A DNA stretch of 33,290 bases, taken from Frankiaceae bacterium. Lineage in GTDB: Bacteria > Actinomycetota > Actinomycetes > JAVEEJ01. Numbering within the stretch: the stretch's first letter is position 1; each line of letters starts with the position of its first letter. Positions 9,058-18,644 of this stretch are shown one piece after another. The DNA lies in NCBI GenBank assembly GCA_030840515.1, contig JAVEEJ010000323.1, positions 1 to 33,290 on the forward strand. The letters run 5' to 3'. Both the position numbers and the translations under genes were made by a program. A model generated the notes under the pieces. The model did no database searches and had not been told where the DNA came from. It saw nothing but the letters and a program-made list of their open reading frames with translations.

Positions 9058-12002
9058 GCGTAGAAGACCCTCTCGACCACGGCCCTCGCGCGCCGAGTCG
9101 CCCTGCGGTAGTCCTCGAGCAGGTCGGCCACGCGTCCCGCAGGGTAGCCGACAGCGCGGGCTACGGCCGCGAGCTCCCGGACATCGGTGGGCAGGCTGTC
9201 CCCCGGGCGGCCGCGGCTGAGCATGATCCCGTCGCGCACCCGGGACGCCAGCCGCCACGCCTGCTCCAGTGCCTCCGCGTCCGGCGGCGAGACCAGCCCG
9301 GCGTCACGCGCGGCGTGCAGCGCCCGCAGGGTGCCGGTGGTGCGCAGGCCCTCGACCTCATGGGCGTGGCGCAGCTGCAGCAGCTGCACCGTCCACTCGA
9401 CGTCGGCAAGCCCGCCGCGGCCGAGCTTGGTGTGCAAGGAAGGGTCGGCGCCACGCGGGAGCCGCTCCGCCTCGACCCGAGCCTTGATCCGGCGCACCTC
9501 ACGCACGTCGACCTCGGCGAGACCGCCTTCCGGGTAGCGCAGCGGGTCGATCAGCCTGACGAACGCGCGACCGAGGTCGTCGTCGCCGGCCACCGGCGCG
9601 GCACGCAGCAGTGCCTGCGCCTCCCACACCAGGGACCAGCGCGCGTAGTACTGACCGTAGGAGGCGAGGCTCCGCGTCAGCGGCCCCTGCTTGCCTTCGG
9701 GGCGCAGGTCCGCATCGACGACCAGCGCCGGGTCGGGCGCCGGAAGGGCGAGCAACCGCCGCAGCTCGTTCGCGACGTCGTGCGCTGCCTGGGCAGCAAC
9801 GTCGTCGGTCACACCCTCCAGCGGGTCGTGCACGAACAGCACGTCGGCGTCGGACCCGTAGCCCTGCTCCGCTCCCCCGAGCCGACCCATGGCGATCACG
9901 GCGAGCCGGCAGGGAAGCGGCGACCGCCGCTCGACCTCCACCTTGCGCACCGCCACGCGCAGCGCCGCCGCGATCGCAGTCGTCGTCACGTCCGTCAGGG
10001 CTGCGCGGACCTCGTCCTGCGCTCTCAAGCCGAGCAGGTCGGCGGCGGCCGTGCGCACGAGCTCGCGGCGCCGGATCCCGCGCACCGTGAGGACCGCGGC
10101 CTCCCAGTCGTCACGGCGACGCACGGCGGCCAGTGCCTCACCGAGTAGCGCTGCGCCGGACCGGGGTCGCAGATCGCTGTCCTTCGCGAGCATCGCCACC
10201 GCTTCGGGTGCGCGGGTGAGCAGGTCGGCGGCGTAGCGGCTGCCCGCCAGCACGCGCGCGAGCCGCTCCGCCGCGGCTCCCTCGTCGCGCAGCAGACGCA
10301 GGTACCACGGGGTCGCGCCGAGCTCGTCGGAGAGCCGGCGGAACGCGAGCAGGCCGGCGTCGGCGTCGACGGCATCGGCGAACCAGCCGAGCATCACCGG
10401 GAGCAGCGTGCGCTGGATCGCCGCGCGTCGTGAGACACCGGAGGTGAGCGCCTCGATGTGGCGCAGCGCACCGGCAGGGTCGACGTACCCGAGCGCTTGC
10501 AGCCGCGCGCCGGCTTGCTCCGGAGTGAGCCGCGCCTCGTCGGTCCTCAACCTCGCGACTGCAGCCAGCAGCGGTCGGTAGAACAGCTTCTCGTGCAGCC
10601 GTCGCACCTCAACCGCGTGCCGTGCTCTGGCCTTCTCCAGCTCGACAGCGGGATCGCCGCCGAGTCCCATCGCGCGACCGAGCCGGCGCAGGTCCACCGG
10701 GTCGTCGGGCATGACGTGGGTGCGACGCAGCCGGTGCAGCTGGATCCGGTGCTCGAGGGTGCGCAGGAACCGGTAGGCCGCACCGAGCCCCCGCGCGTCC
10801 TCGCGTCCGACGTACCCCCCGCTCGCCAGCGCCTCGAGCGCGACGAGAGTGGTGCCGCTGTGCAGGGACTCGTCACTGCGGCCGTGCACGAGCTGCAGCA
10901 GCTGCACGGCAAACTCGACGTCCCGCAGTCCGCCGGGGCCGAGCTTCAGCTCGCGATCCGCGGCGTCGGCGGGCAAGGTGCCTTCGACCCGACGCCGCAT
11001 CGCCTGCACGTCCTCGACGAAGTTGGGCCGTCCGCCAGCAGTCCAGACAAGCGGAGCGAGCCGCTCGACGTACGCGTTCCCTAGCTCTTGGTCGCCTGCC
11101 ACGGGACGCGCCTTGAGCAGTGCCTGGAACTCCCAGGTGTGCGCCCAGCGGCGGTAGTAGGCCTCGTGGCTGGCGAGCGTGCGCACCAGCGGACCGGCCT
11201 TGCCCTCAGGCCGAAGTGCTGCGTCCACCGGCCAGATGGTGCCCTCCGGCGTCGCTGCCGAGCAGGCCTCCATCAACGCACTCGCAAGGGCAGTCGCGGT
11301 GCGCAGCGCAGCCGCTTCGTCGCCGCCCTCCACGGGCTCAGCCACGAAGACCACGTCGACGTCGCTGACGTAGTTGAGCTCGCGGCCGCCGCACTTGCCG
11401 AGCCCGATGACCGCCAACCTGCAGTCGGCGCTCGCCGCGGGCAGCTCGGCCCGTGCGATGACGAGGGCGGCTTCCAGGGTCGCCCCGGCCAGGTCGGCGA
11501 GCTCGGCCGCGACCTCGTCGAGCTCGACCGTGCCGGACAGGTCGCGTGCGGCGAGCCCCAACAGGTGCCGGCGGTAGGCCACTCGCAGCGCGTCCCTCGC
11601 CTCGACGCCACGACGTCCCTCGACCGCGCGGGTCATCGACGTGCGCAGGCCGTAGGCAGAGGGCCGGGTCAGGGCCACCGCGTCGTCGGTCAGCGCGCCG
11701 AGCTGCTCGGGGTGGCGGACGAGGTGGTCGGCGAGGGCGGGGCTGGAGGCGAGTACGGCGACCAGCCGCGCCCTGGCCTCCGGGCCGACCGCCAGCACGT
11801 GCGGACTGACCTCGAGGAGGGCGGCGAGGCCGGCCAACGCCCGGTCGGGGTCGGCGGACTCGGCGACGACCAGCAACCACTCGTCGTCGAGCGCGATCCG
11901 ATCGATGACGGCCGCGGCGGAGCTCGCGTCGGCGAAGCCGAGCCGCACCAGTCGGGCACGGTCGGTGGCGCGACCGGGACGCGGGTGCTCGCCGACGGTC
12001 AC
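9054..12002 (-). CDS. glnE: Bifunctional glutamine synthetase adenylyltransferase/adenylyl-removing enzyme
   Basis: Two nucleotidyltransferase domains: LAVIGLGKCGGRELNYVSDVDVVFV...VDAALRPEGKAG and LAVIAMGRLGGAEQGYGSDADVLF...VDADLRPEGKQG. Also KLGPGGLRDVEF and KLGRGGLADVEW. Confidence 0.97.
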   Translation of the reverse strand: MTVGEHPRPGRATDRARLVRLGFADASSAAAVIDRIALDDEWLLVVAESADPDRALAGLAALLEVSPHVLAVGPEARARLVAVLASSPALADHLVRHPEQLGALTDDAVALTRPSAYGLRTSMTRAVEGRRGVEARDALRVAYRRHLLGLAARDLSGTVELDEVAAELADLAGATLEAALVIARAELPAASADCRLAVIGLGKCGGRELNYVSDVDVVFVAEPVEGGDEAAALRTATALASALMEACSAATPEGTIWPVDAALRPEGKAGPLVRTLASHEAYYRRWAHTWEFQALLKARPVAGDQELGNAYVERLAPLVWTAGGRPNFVEDVQAMRRRVEGTLPADAADRELKLGPGGLRDVEFAVQLLQLVHGRSDESLHSGTTLVALEALASGGYVGREDARGLGAAYRFLRTLEHRIQLHRLRRTHVMPDDPVDLRRLGRAMGLGGDPAVELEKARARHAVEVRRLHEKLFYRPLLAAVARLRTDEARLTPEQAGARLQALGYVDPAGALRHIEALTSGVSRRAAIQRTLLPVMLGWFADAVDADAGLLAFRRLSDELGATPWYLRLLRDEGAAAERLARVLAGSRYAADLLTRAPEAVAMLAKDSDLRPRSGAALLGEALAAVRRRDDWEAAVLTVRGIRRRELVRTAAADLLGLRAQDEVRAALTDVTTTAIAAALRVAVRKVEVERRSPLPCRLAVIAMGRLGGAEQGYGSDADVLFVHDPLEGVTDDVAAQAAHDVANELRRLLALPAPDPALVVDADLRPEGKQGPLTRSLASYGQYYARWSLVWEAQALLRAAPVAGDDDLGRAFVRLIDPLRYPEGGLAEVDVREVRRIKARVEAERLPRGADPSLHTKLGRGGLADVEWTVQLLQLRHAHEVEGLRTTGTLRALHAARDAGLVSPPDAEALEQAWRLASRVRDGIMLSRGRPGDSLPTDVRELAAVARAVGYPAGRVADLLEDYRRATRRARAVVERVFYA

Positions 12003-12008
12003 CTGCTC

Positions 12009-12014
12009 ACGCTA
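12009..12014 (-). promoter_or_regulatory. Housekeeping-sigma -10 (TAGCGT) 6 nt before the glnE GTG, probably a leaderless mRNA
   Basis: Minus strand reads gcTAGCGTgagcagGTG with no strong Shine-Dalgarno. Confidence 0.6.
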
Positions 12015-12042
12015 GCGGCGGGCAAGCCCTCACCCGCTCACG

Positions 12043-14793
12043 TCAGCGGCGACGGATCCACGCGGGCTCGGGCCGTGCTGCGAGCTGCGCGCGGTGCCGG
12101 CGCATCATGGCCAACCCGGCGATGGACGTCGAGGCCATTGCCGCGGCGAGCAAGGCGAGCGCGACCCGCTCGTCGACCTGGCGGGCGGACATCGCCTGCT
12201 GGGTGACCTTCTCCTCGTCGTCGTCGACCATGAAGATGCCGATCTGCGCGAGGGCGAGCTGCAGCTGCTCCTGCTCCTGCGCAGCGCCGCCCACCTGCGG
12301 GTTGATCTGCACCTGCGGCTGAGCCTGCGCCTGGGTCACGGGCTGGGCCGGCAGCGGTGCCGGCGGCGGGGGCGGCGGCTGGCCGGGCGGGTTCTGCGTC
12401 ACTGGGATCGGGTCGGTCTTGGTGATGGGCGGGACCACCGAGATGCCACAGGTGATCGTGGCCACGGTGCTCGCCACCTTGTAGCCGCGCAGGTAGGCGT
12501 CCAAGGCCACCGGGTAGCTGCCCGGGTTGACGCCCGCGCAGGAGTAGGTGACCGAGAAGGTCCCGTCGAATGGCGCCTTCACGTTGACCCGCTTGAAGCC
12601 GCTCACCGTCGCGCCACGGAAGACCGGACTCGTCTTGCTCGGCGTCAGCTGCACGTCCTGCAGGTCGGTCAGCGAAGCGAGCAGTCGCTCGATGACCCGG
12701 CTGAAGCCGTCCTGGTTCTCGCACACGACCGGCTGCCCAGCCGGGATCACCTTGCCGTAGTCGCCGTAGTCGCACTTGAGGCCGCCCGCAGGGGCGACCG
12801 CTCCGGTCAGCTTGGCCATCTGGCGGAGGTCCGTGCGCGAGACCGGGTCGTTGCCGGTCAACCCCAGCACCTGGATGCCGTGCTGCCTGAGCAACGCGGC
12901 GACTCCGGCGATGTCGGGCTTGCCGTTCTTCACCGGCGTGCCAGGCGGCATCCGGAACCGCTCGTTGGTGGCGAGCACGATCACGCGGCGCGCGTTGCCG
13001 TCCTGGCGGAAGCCCGCGGCCTGACCGGGCAGCACGGGGTTGGTGAGCTCGATGTTGTTGACGCCGTAGCCGGTGACCGATTGCTGGAGCCCGATGAGCT
13101 GACCCTCGATGTGCTTGTCGCACTCGTTGGCGTCGGGATGGGTGTCCACGTCACACGGGGCATCCGGCTGGAGGTAGTACTCCTCCTGCAAGCGGTCCAC
13201 GGCCTTGAAGAAGTTGCTGTTCACCCGCCCGACGGGCGCCCACTGCCGGTAGAGCACCGGCTGGTGGTAGGGCTTGGAGGTGCAAAAGTTCGTTTGCCCG
13301 GCTCGGCACTCGCCGGGGTTGGTCGGCGGGTCAGGCGCTTCGCCGATCCTCGTGTACGGCGCGGTGCCGATCGCGCCGACACCCTCGTTGACGTCGATGC
13401 CGTCGCGCTTGAGGTCGATGCCGATGGCCTTCGCGTTGTGCTTGAGGTCGTCGATGACGTCACCCATCGAAGCGGACACATCGATGAGGTAGTAGACGTC
13501 GATCGGCGTCGCGTTCTTGGGCAGGTGCAGCCGGTAGTTGACCGTGCGCGTGCCCCCCGGGCGCAGCGTGAGGTTGACCGTCCGCGGCGAGATCGACCCA
13601 GGCAGCGGCTTGTAAGCAACACGGGTGTTGTCGAAGCCCGGCGGCTGCTTGCCCGGGTTGTAGCTGTCGAACCAGCGGTAGAGGTAGCGGCCGGCGGCGA
13701 TGTAGTAGGCGTCGCCCCCGAAGGTCTCGGACCTGACAACCGGCGTGCTGCCGGAGTATCCGATCGGCGTCACGTCGTGCGAGACGCCGCGCAGGGTGAC
13801 CTGGTGCACGTGCGAGCTGCCGGCGAGCATGAAGTTGGCGTCGGTCGAGCGCCAGGCGCCCGCGCGAACATCGGAGACCGCTCGGATGCCGGCATAGCTG
13901 CGACCGAAGTCGGAGGAGATGCCTGCGAATCCCGAGCCGAAGATGCCGAGTCCGTTTCCGAGCGTGGGCACGATGGCGCTCGGCGTACTCGCCACGCTGG
14001 ATCGCCGGAAGGTGGCGCCGCGGTCGTAGGAGTACCAGACCTTGCCGGCGGCGACGGCGGCGACGTTGCTGGCGCCGAAGCGGTCGGCCGCGATCTGCGT
14101 GATCGCCTGCGCGCCACCGAGGTCGGCCGAGGTGGCGCCGGCCGTCCAGGTGGCGCCGTCGCCGCTGCGGTAGAACAGGGCCGGAACCTGGCCGGTGGGG
14201 TCCGTCGGTCCGCCACCCGGGAGGCCGCCGATGCCACCGGTGACGTCACTGCCGAACTGGGCCATGCCGATGACGAAGCCGACCAGTCCGGCGGCCAGCG
14301 TGCGCGGCTCACCGACGCTGGGCAGGCCGCTGTCGGTCGTGGTCCACGTGCCGCGCAGGCCGTTGCGGCTGCTGATCACGTGCGGCACCGCCTGCGCGCC
14401 GACGCCCTCGGAGACTGTGGCGATCGCGCGCCCGTTGAAGTTGAAGGCGACGTCGATGATGTTGCTGGACGCAGAGGAGTAGCCGGCGTCCTGGGCGAGC
14501 GTGTCGAGCTGAACAGCCGTGACCCAGGAGCAGCCGCGGTCGTCGCTCACGTAGATGGTCTTGGCGCTCGAGACGATCATGCGGTTCGGCTGCAGGTAGT
14601 CCAGCGCGTACCCCGTCGGGTCCGAGACCGGCAGCCTGGTCTTCTGCCAGTGCAGGCCGGCGGTGCTCGCCGCCCTGCAGCCGATCGGCTGGCTCGCGTT
14701 GGCCAGCATGACCGGCGCGGTCGCCAGCACCACGGGCAGCGCAAGAAGCGCCACCCGTCGGCGGGCGGAGGCCGTCAGACGTTGCACGATCAA
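12043..14793 (-). CDS. Membrane-anchored surface protein: signal peptide, Asp-box/BNR beta-propeller, integrin-beta-like hybrid + VWA(betaI) module, Pro/Gln linker, C-terminal TM
   Basis: Asp-boxes SDDRGCSW, SGDGATW, SYDRGATF, SSDFGRSY. MIDAS PIDVYYLIDVSAS. PPPPPAP linker, then TM VALALLAAAMASTSIAGLAMM and RRHR. Start is TTG 14793 (overlaps the ftsH stop) or GTG 14787. Confidence 0.8.
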   Translation of the reverse strand: MIVQRLTASARRRVALLALPVVLATAPVMLANASQPIGCRAASTAGLHWQKTRLPVSDPTGYALDYLQPNRMIVSSAKTIYVSDDRGCSWVTAVQLDTLAQDAGYSSASSNIIDVAFNFNGRAIATVSEGVGAQAVPHVISSRNGLRGTWTTTDSGLPSVGEPRTLAAGLVGFVIGMAQFGSDVTGGIGGLPGGGPTDPTGQVPALFYRSGDGATWTAGATSADLGGAQAITQIAADRFGASNVAAVAAGKVWYSYDRGATFRRSSVASTPSAIVPTLGNGLGIFGSGFAGISSDFGRSYAGIRAVSDVRAGAWRSTDANFMLAGSSHVHQVTLRGVSHDVTPIGYSGSTPVVRSETFGGDAYYIAAGRYLYRWFDSYNPGKQPPGFDNTRVAYKPLPGSISPRTVNLTLRPGGTRTVNYRLHLPKNATPIDVYYLIDVSASMGDVIDDLKHNAKAIGIDLKRDGIDVNEGVGAIGTAPYTRIGEAPDPPTNPGECRAGQTNFCTSKPYHQPVLYRQWAPVGRVNSNFFKAVDRLQEEYYLQPDAPCDVDTHPDANECDKHIEGQLIGLQQSVTGYGVNNIELTNPVLPGQAAGFRQDGNARRVIVLATNERFRMPPGTPVKNGKPDIAGVAALLRQHGIQVLGLTGNDPVSRTDLRQMAKLTGAVAPAGGLKCDYGDYGKVIPAGQPVVCENQDGFSRVIERLLASLTDLQDVQLTPSKTSPVFRGATVSGFKRVNVKAPFDGTFSVTYSCAGVNPGSYPVALDAYLRGYKVASTVATITCGISVVPPITKTDPIPVTQNPPGQPPPPPPAPLPAQPVTQAQAQPQVQINPQVGGAAQEQEQLQLALAQIGIFMVDDDEEKVTQQAMSARQVDERVALALLAAAMASTSIAGLAMMRRHRAQLAARPEPAWIRRR

Positions 14794-16952
14794 CTCTTGA
14801 CCGAGGCCCGCTTCTTGGCGGCGCCGTTCTTGCTCGGGCTGGTCCTCGCGGATGTGGACTTGGCCCGTCCGTTGCTCGACACCGCAGCGCGGGCGCGGGT
14901 GCCCGATCCGTTGCGGGCCGCCTCGACGCTGCGCAGGAGTGGCGCGAGCGCCTCCTCGAGGACGGTGTCCTCCAGGGTCTCCTCCTCTTCCAGGCGCGCG
15001 GTCAGGTCGTCGAGCTCGCGACGGTGGGCGCGCAGGATGCGCGTCGCCTCAACCTGCGCGTCCTCGACCAGGGTGCGGATCTCTGCCTCGACTGCCTGCC
15101 GCGTCTCCGGGGACAGCTCAGCGAGCGGGGTCTCGTCGCCGAGGAAGCCCTCGCCGCCCTTGGCCATGTAGCGCACCATCCCGAGCGCGTCGCTCATGCC
15201 GTAGCGCGCCACCATGTCGCGCGCCAGGTCGGTCGCGTGCTCCACGTCCTGCTCGGCGCCGGTCGACCCCTCGCCGAAGATCAGCTGCTCGGCGGCGACG
15301 CCTCCGAGTGTGGCGACGAGCTGACCACGCAGCTCGGTGCGCGTCAGCAGCGACGCATCACGGTCGCCGAACGTGGCGGCCGCGATGGTGCGGCCGCGAG
15401 CCAGCACCGACACCCGGTGCAGGTCCTCGGTGCGGCCGAGCGCGGCAGCCACGACCACGTGGCCGATCTCGTGGTAGGCCGCGCGACGGCGCTCCTCCTC
15501 GGTCAGCACCCGGCCACGGCGCTGCGGGCCGTCGAGGACGCGCTGCACGGCCTCGTCGAGCTCCGGGACGTGAACGACGGACTTGCCGCGCCTGATGGTG
15601 AGCAGCGTGGCCTCGTTGACGACGTTCGCCAGGTCGGCGCCGGTGAACCCTGGGGTCTTGCGGGCGATCTTGGCGAAGTCGACCTCGGGAGCGATCGGCT
15701 TGCCGACCGCGTGGATCTTGATGATGCGCTCGCGACCGACGGCGTCCGGCCGGTCGATCGTGATGTGCCGGTCGAAGCGGCCGGGACGCATCAGGGCGGG
15801 GTCGAGGATGTCGGGGCGGTTGGTTGCACCCATGACGACGATCCCGCTCGAGGCGTCGAAGCCGTCGATCTCGACGAGGAGCTGGTTGAGCGTCTGCTCG
15901 CGCTCGTCCGAGCCACCACCGCCACCGCCCGCGCCGCGCTTGCGGCCGGCGGCGTCGAGCTCGTCGATGAACACGATCGCCGGCGCGACGGCGCGCACAC
16001 GGCGGAACAGGTCACGGACGCGGGCCGCGCCGACGCCGACGAGCGACTCGACGAACTCGGCACCGGCAACGGAGAAGAACGGCACTCCGGCCTCGCCTGC
16101 GACGGCCTTGGCGAGCAGCGTCTTGCCGGTCCCGGGAGGACCGAACAGCAGCACGCCCTTCGGCGGCGCGGCACCGAGTCGCGTGTACTTCTCCGGATCG
16201 CGCAGGTAGTCCCGAACTTCCTTGAGCTCCTCCACCGCCTCGTCGGCGCCGCCGACGTCGTTGAAGGTCACACCGGTGCCGCCCGTCTCGCTGTCGGCGA
16301 TGGCACCGAAGGAGACCACCTCACCGATCGCGCCGCCGCCGCTGCCCTTGGCCGTGAACAGCAGGCCGAACAACGTGGCGAGGATGAGGATGGGAAGCAG
16401 GAACTCAGAGACGATCCTGACGTTCTTCTTCGCCACCTGCTGATCGACGGTGACGCTGGCGCCGCTGTTCTGCAGCGCGTTGATCAGGTCCTTGGTGATG
16501 GTGCCGTTGTCCGGCAGGGCGACCCAGAACTTGCCGCTGCCTGACGGGACGTCGGTGAGCACGCTGGGCGCGGGCGTCGGGACCGCACTCGGCTTGGGCA
16601 CGGGCTTGCCCGAGGCGGCAGGGGCCGGCACGACGGGGGCGGGTGCGGCCGCCTCGGTGTAGGTCGCCTGGACCCGGGAGTCCTCGGCGAGCACGGTGGC
16701 GGTGGTGATCCGGCCGTCGGCAGCGAGGGCCGCGACCTGGTCGAGGGAGAGCTTGGTTCCCTCGGTGTGTGGGGCGAGGTAGCGCAGCGAGAGTCCGAAG
16801 GTCAGGAAGAGCAGCGCCAGGATGCCGGCGAGGATGGCGGGCAGGATCCGGCGCTTGGCCTTGGTGGCCACCCGGTGTCGGCGGCGCTTCTCGAGGAACG
16901 CGAGCACGCGCTTGATGGGGCTCGCCGAGCTCTCGGGGGTCTCGCTGGGCAC
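14790..16952 (-). CDS. ftsH: FtsH-family membrane AAA+ zinc metalloprotease (divergent paralog)
   Basis: Two N-terminal TMs, [29 protein letters not shown], Walker [39 protein letters not shown] zinc motif, TGAEQD third ligand. RBS GAGGAGG before the GTG. Confidence 0.93.
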   Translation of the reverse strand: MPSETPESSASPIKRVLAFLEKRRRHRVATKAKRRILPAILAGILALLFLTFGLSLRYLAPHTEGTKLSLDQVAALAADGRITTATVLAEDSRVQATYTEAAAPAPVVPAPAASGKPVPKPSAVPTPAPSVLTDVPSGSGKFWVALPDNGTITKDLINALQNSGASVTVDQQVAKKNVRIVSEFLLPILILATLFGLLFTAKGSGGGAIGEVVSFGAIADSETGGTGVTFNDVGGADEAVEELKEVRDYLRDPEKYTRLGAAPPKGVLLFGPPGTGKTLLAKAVAGEAGVPFFSVAGAEFVESLVGVGAARVRDLFRRVRAVAPAIVFIDELDAAGRKRGAGGGGGGSDEREQTLNQLLVEIDGFDASSGIVVMGATNRPDILDPALMRPGRFDRHITIDRPDAVGRERIIKIHAVGKPIAPEVDFAKIARKTPGFTGADLANVVNEATLLTIRRGKSVVHVPELDEAVQRVLDGPQRRGRVLTEEERRRAAYHEIGHVVVAAALGRTEDLHRVSVLARGRTIAAATFGDRDASLLTRTELRGQLVATLGGVAAEQLIFGEGSTGAEQDVEHATDLARDMVARYGMSDALGMVRYMAKGGEGFLGDETPLAELSPETRQAVEAEIRTLVEDAQVEATRILRAHRRELDDLTARLEEEETLEDTVLEEALAPLLRSVEAARNGSGTRARAAVSSNGRAKSTSARTSPSKNGAAKKRASVKS

Positions 16953-17063
16953 GGGGGGTCCTCCTCGCCGGGGTCACCGGCTCACGGGTAGTGCGGGGGG
17001 TCACACAGGATTACTGCCGCGACGCCGGAGGCGTAACGCGACGGGGGGCCTACCTCTCATTAT

Positions 17064-17089
17064 TACGACGCGGCGCACGAGAGTCCTGC
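17064..17089 (-). promoter_or_regulatory. Putative sigmaH(Spo0H)-like promoter of the ftsH/integrin-like operon
   Basis: Minus strand reads GCAGGA-ctctcgtgcgccgc(14)-GTCGTA. The same motif occurs upstream of three other genes in the window. Confidence 0.55.
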
Positions 17090-17281
17090 CGGTGTCACAT
17101 ACCGGCCGCCCGGCGCCCCTCAACTGTAGGCGGGTCTCGCGCCTGCGTCAGGTCCGCGCCGATAACGATCCCGCCGCTGGCGCTTCAGCACCGATCCCGC
17201 CGTACTCGCCTCATTGATGATCTTGGACAAGCGCACCCTCGACCTGCCGTCCGCCCGGTGCCTTCTCCATGATCACCGCGG

Positions 17282-18622
17282 TCAGAGCAGCGGCAGATGC
17301 CGGTCCACCTCGAAGGGGGTCACCTGCTTGCGGTACTCCTCCCACTCCGCGCGCTTGTTGCGCAAGAAGAAGTCGAACACGTGCTCCCCCAGCGTCTCCG
17401 CGACCAGCTCGGAGCGCTCCATCGCCGTGATCGCGTCGGCGAGCGAACCGGGCAGCGGCTCGATCCCCAAGGCTCGCCGCTCGGCGTCCGTCAACGCCCA
17501 CACGTCGTCCTCGGCGCCCTCGGGCAGCTCGTAGCCCTCCTCGATGCCCTTGAGACCGGCGGCGAGGAGTACGGCGAACGCGAGGTAGGGGTTGCATGCG
17601 CTGTCCGGGGAGCGGACCTCGATCCGGGTCGACTGGCCCTTGGCCGGCTTGTACATCGGCACCCGGACCATGGCCGAGCGGTTGTTGTGACCCCAGCAGA
17701 CGTAGGACGGTGCCTCGCCCCCACCCCAGAGCCGCTTGTAGCTGTTCACCCACTGGTTGGTCACGGCCGTCATCTCCGGCGCGTGGGTGAGCAGGCCCGC
17801 GATGAACGCCCGGCCCGTCTTGGACAGCTGGTAGGCCGACCCGGCCTCGTAGAAGGCGTTGGTGTCGCCCTCGAACAGGGACAGGTGGGTGTGCATCGCC
17901 GAGCCCGGGTGCTCTGCGAAGGGCTTGGGCATGAACGTCGCGTAGACGCCCGCTCCCTGCGCGACCTCCTTCATGACCAGCCGGAAGGTCATGAGGTTGT
18001 CGGCTGTGGTGAGCGCGTCGGCGTAGCGCAGGTCGATCTCCTGCTGCCCCGGGCCGACCTCGTGGTGGCTGAACTCGACGCTGATCCCCATCGCCTCGAG
18101 CGTGGTGATGGCCTGCCGTCGGAAGTCGTGTGCCACCGCATGGGGGCTGTGGTCGAAGTAGCCACCGCGGTCGATCGGCTTCGGGACGTCGCCCGGGCCT
18201 TCCGGCGCCCGGTCGAGCAGGAAGAACTCGACCTCGGGGGGGGTGTAGAAGGTGAAGCCGAGGTCAGCCGCCTTGCCCAGGGCGCGCTTGAGCACCGCTC
18301 GCGGGTCCGCCCAGGACGGCGTCCCGTCAGGCATGAGGATGTCGCAGAACATGCGCGCCGTGCCTGGGTGCTCGCCACGCCAAGGGAGCAGCTGGAACGT
18401 GGCCGGGTCGGGACGTGCGAGCATGTCGCTCTCGCTGACCCGGGCAAACCCCTCGATAGCGGACCCGTCGAAGCCGATCCCCTCGAGAAACGCACCCTCG
18501 AGCTCGGCCGGGGCGACCGCGACGGACTTGAGGAAGCCCAGCACGTCGGGGAACCACAACCGAACAAAACGGATGTCGCGCTCCTCGATGGTGCGGAGCA
18601 CGAACTCCTGCTGCTTGTCCAC
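17282..18622 (-). CDS. glnA: Glutamine synthetase family protein, actinobacterial GlnA2 (GSI-alpha) type. Start GTG 18622
   Basis: MDKQQEFVLRTIEERDIRFVRLWF..., GIGFDGSAIEGF, SHHEVGPGQQEI, ATFMPKP...GSAMHTHLSL, NSYKRL..GGEAP, NRSAMVRVP, RIEVRSPDSACNPY. Linked to glnE as is usual for glnA2. Confidence 0.93.
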   Translation of the reverse strand: MDKQQEFVLRTIEERDIRFVRLWFPDVLGFLKSVAVAPAELEGAFLEGIGFDGSAIEGFARVSESDMLARPDPATFQLLPWRGEHPGTARMFCDILMPDGTPSWADPRAVLKRALGKAADLGFTFYTPPEVEFFLLDRAPEGPGDVPKPIDRGGYFDHSPHAVAHDFRRQAITTLEAMGISVEFSHHEVGPGQQEIDLRYADALTTADNLMTFRLVMKEVAQGAGVYATFMPKPFAEHPGSAMHTHLSLFEGDTNAFYEAGSAYQLSKTGRAFIAGLLTHAPEMTAVTNQWVNSYKRLWGGGEAPSYVCWGHNNRSAMVRVPMYKPAKGQSTRIEVRSPDSACNPYLAFAVLLAAGLKGIEEGYELPEGAEDDVWALTDAERRALGIEPLPGSLADAITAMERSELVAETLGEHVFDFFLRNKRAEWEEYRKQVTPFEVDRHLPLL

Positions 18623-18644
18623 GTGTCCATCCTCAGGGGGGCGT

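Noticed and set aside
12094-15171. 1025-aa plus-strand ORF
   Set aside because: Antisense shadow of the integrin-like gene and ftsH. High-GC DNA lacks stops in this frame, and the product has no recognisable motifs.
17158-17165. GCCGATAA, a sigma28/WhiG-type -10 element
   Set aside because: No TAAA-like -35 at the right spacing and no plus-strand gene downstream.
16953-17281. Possible riboswitch or sRNA in the 330-bp glnA-ftsH gap
   Set aside because: Only short GC hairpins are visible (for example GCCGGT...ACCGGC near 17088-17106), and no RNA family is recognisable by eye. An Rfam scan would be needed.
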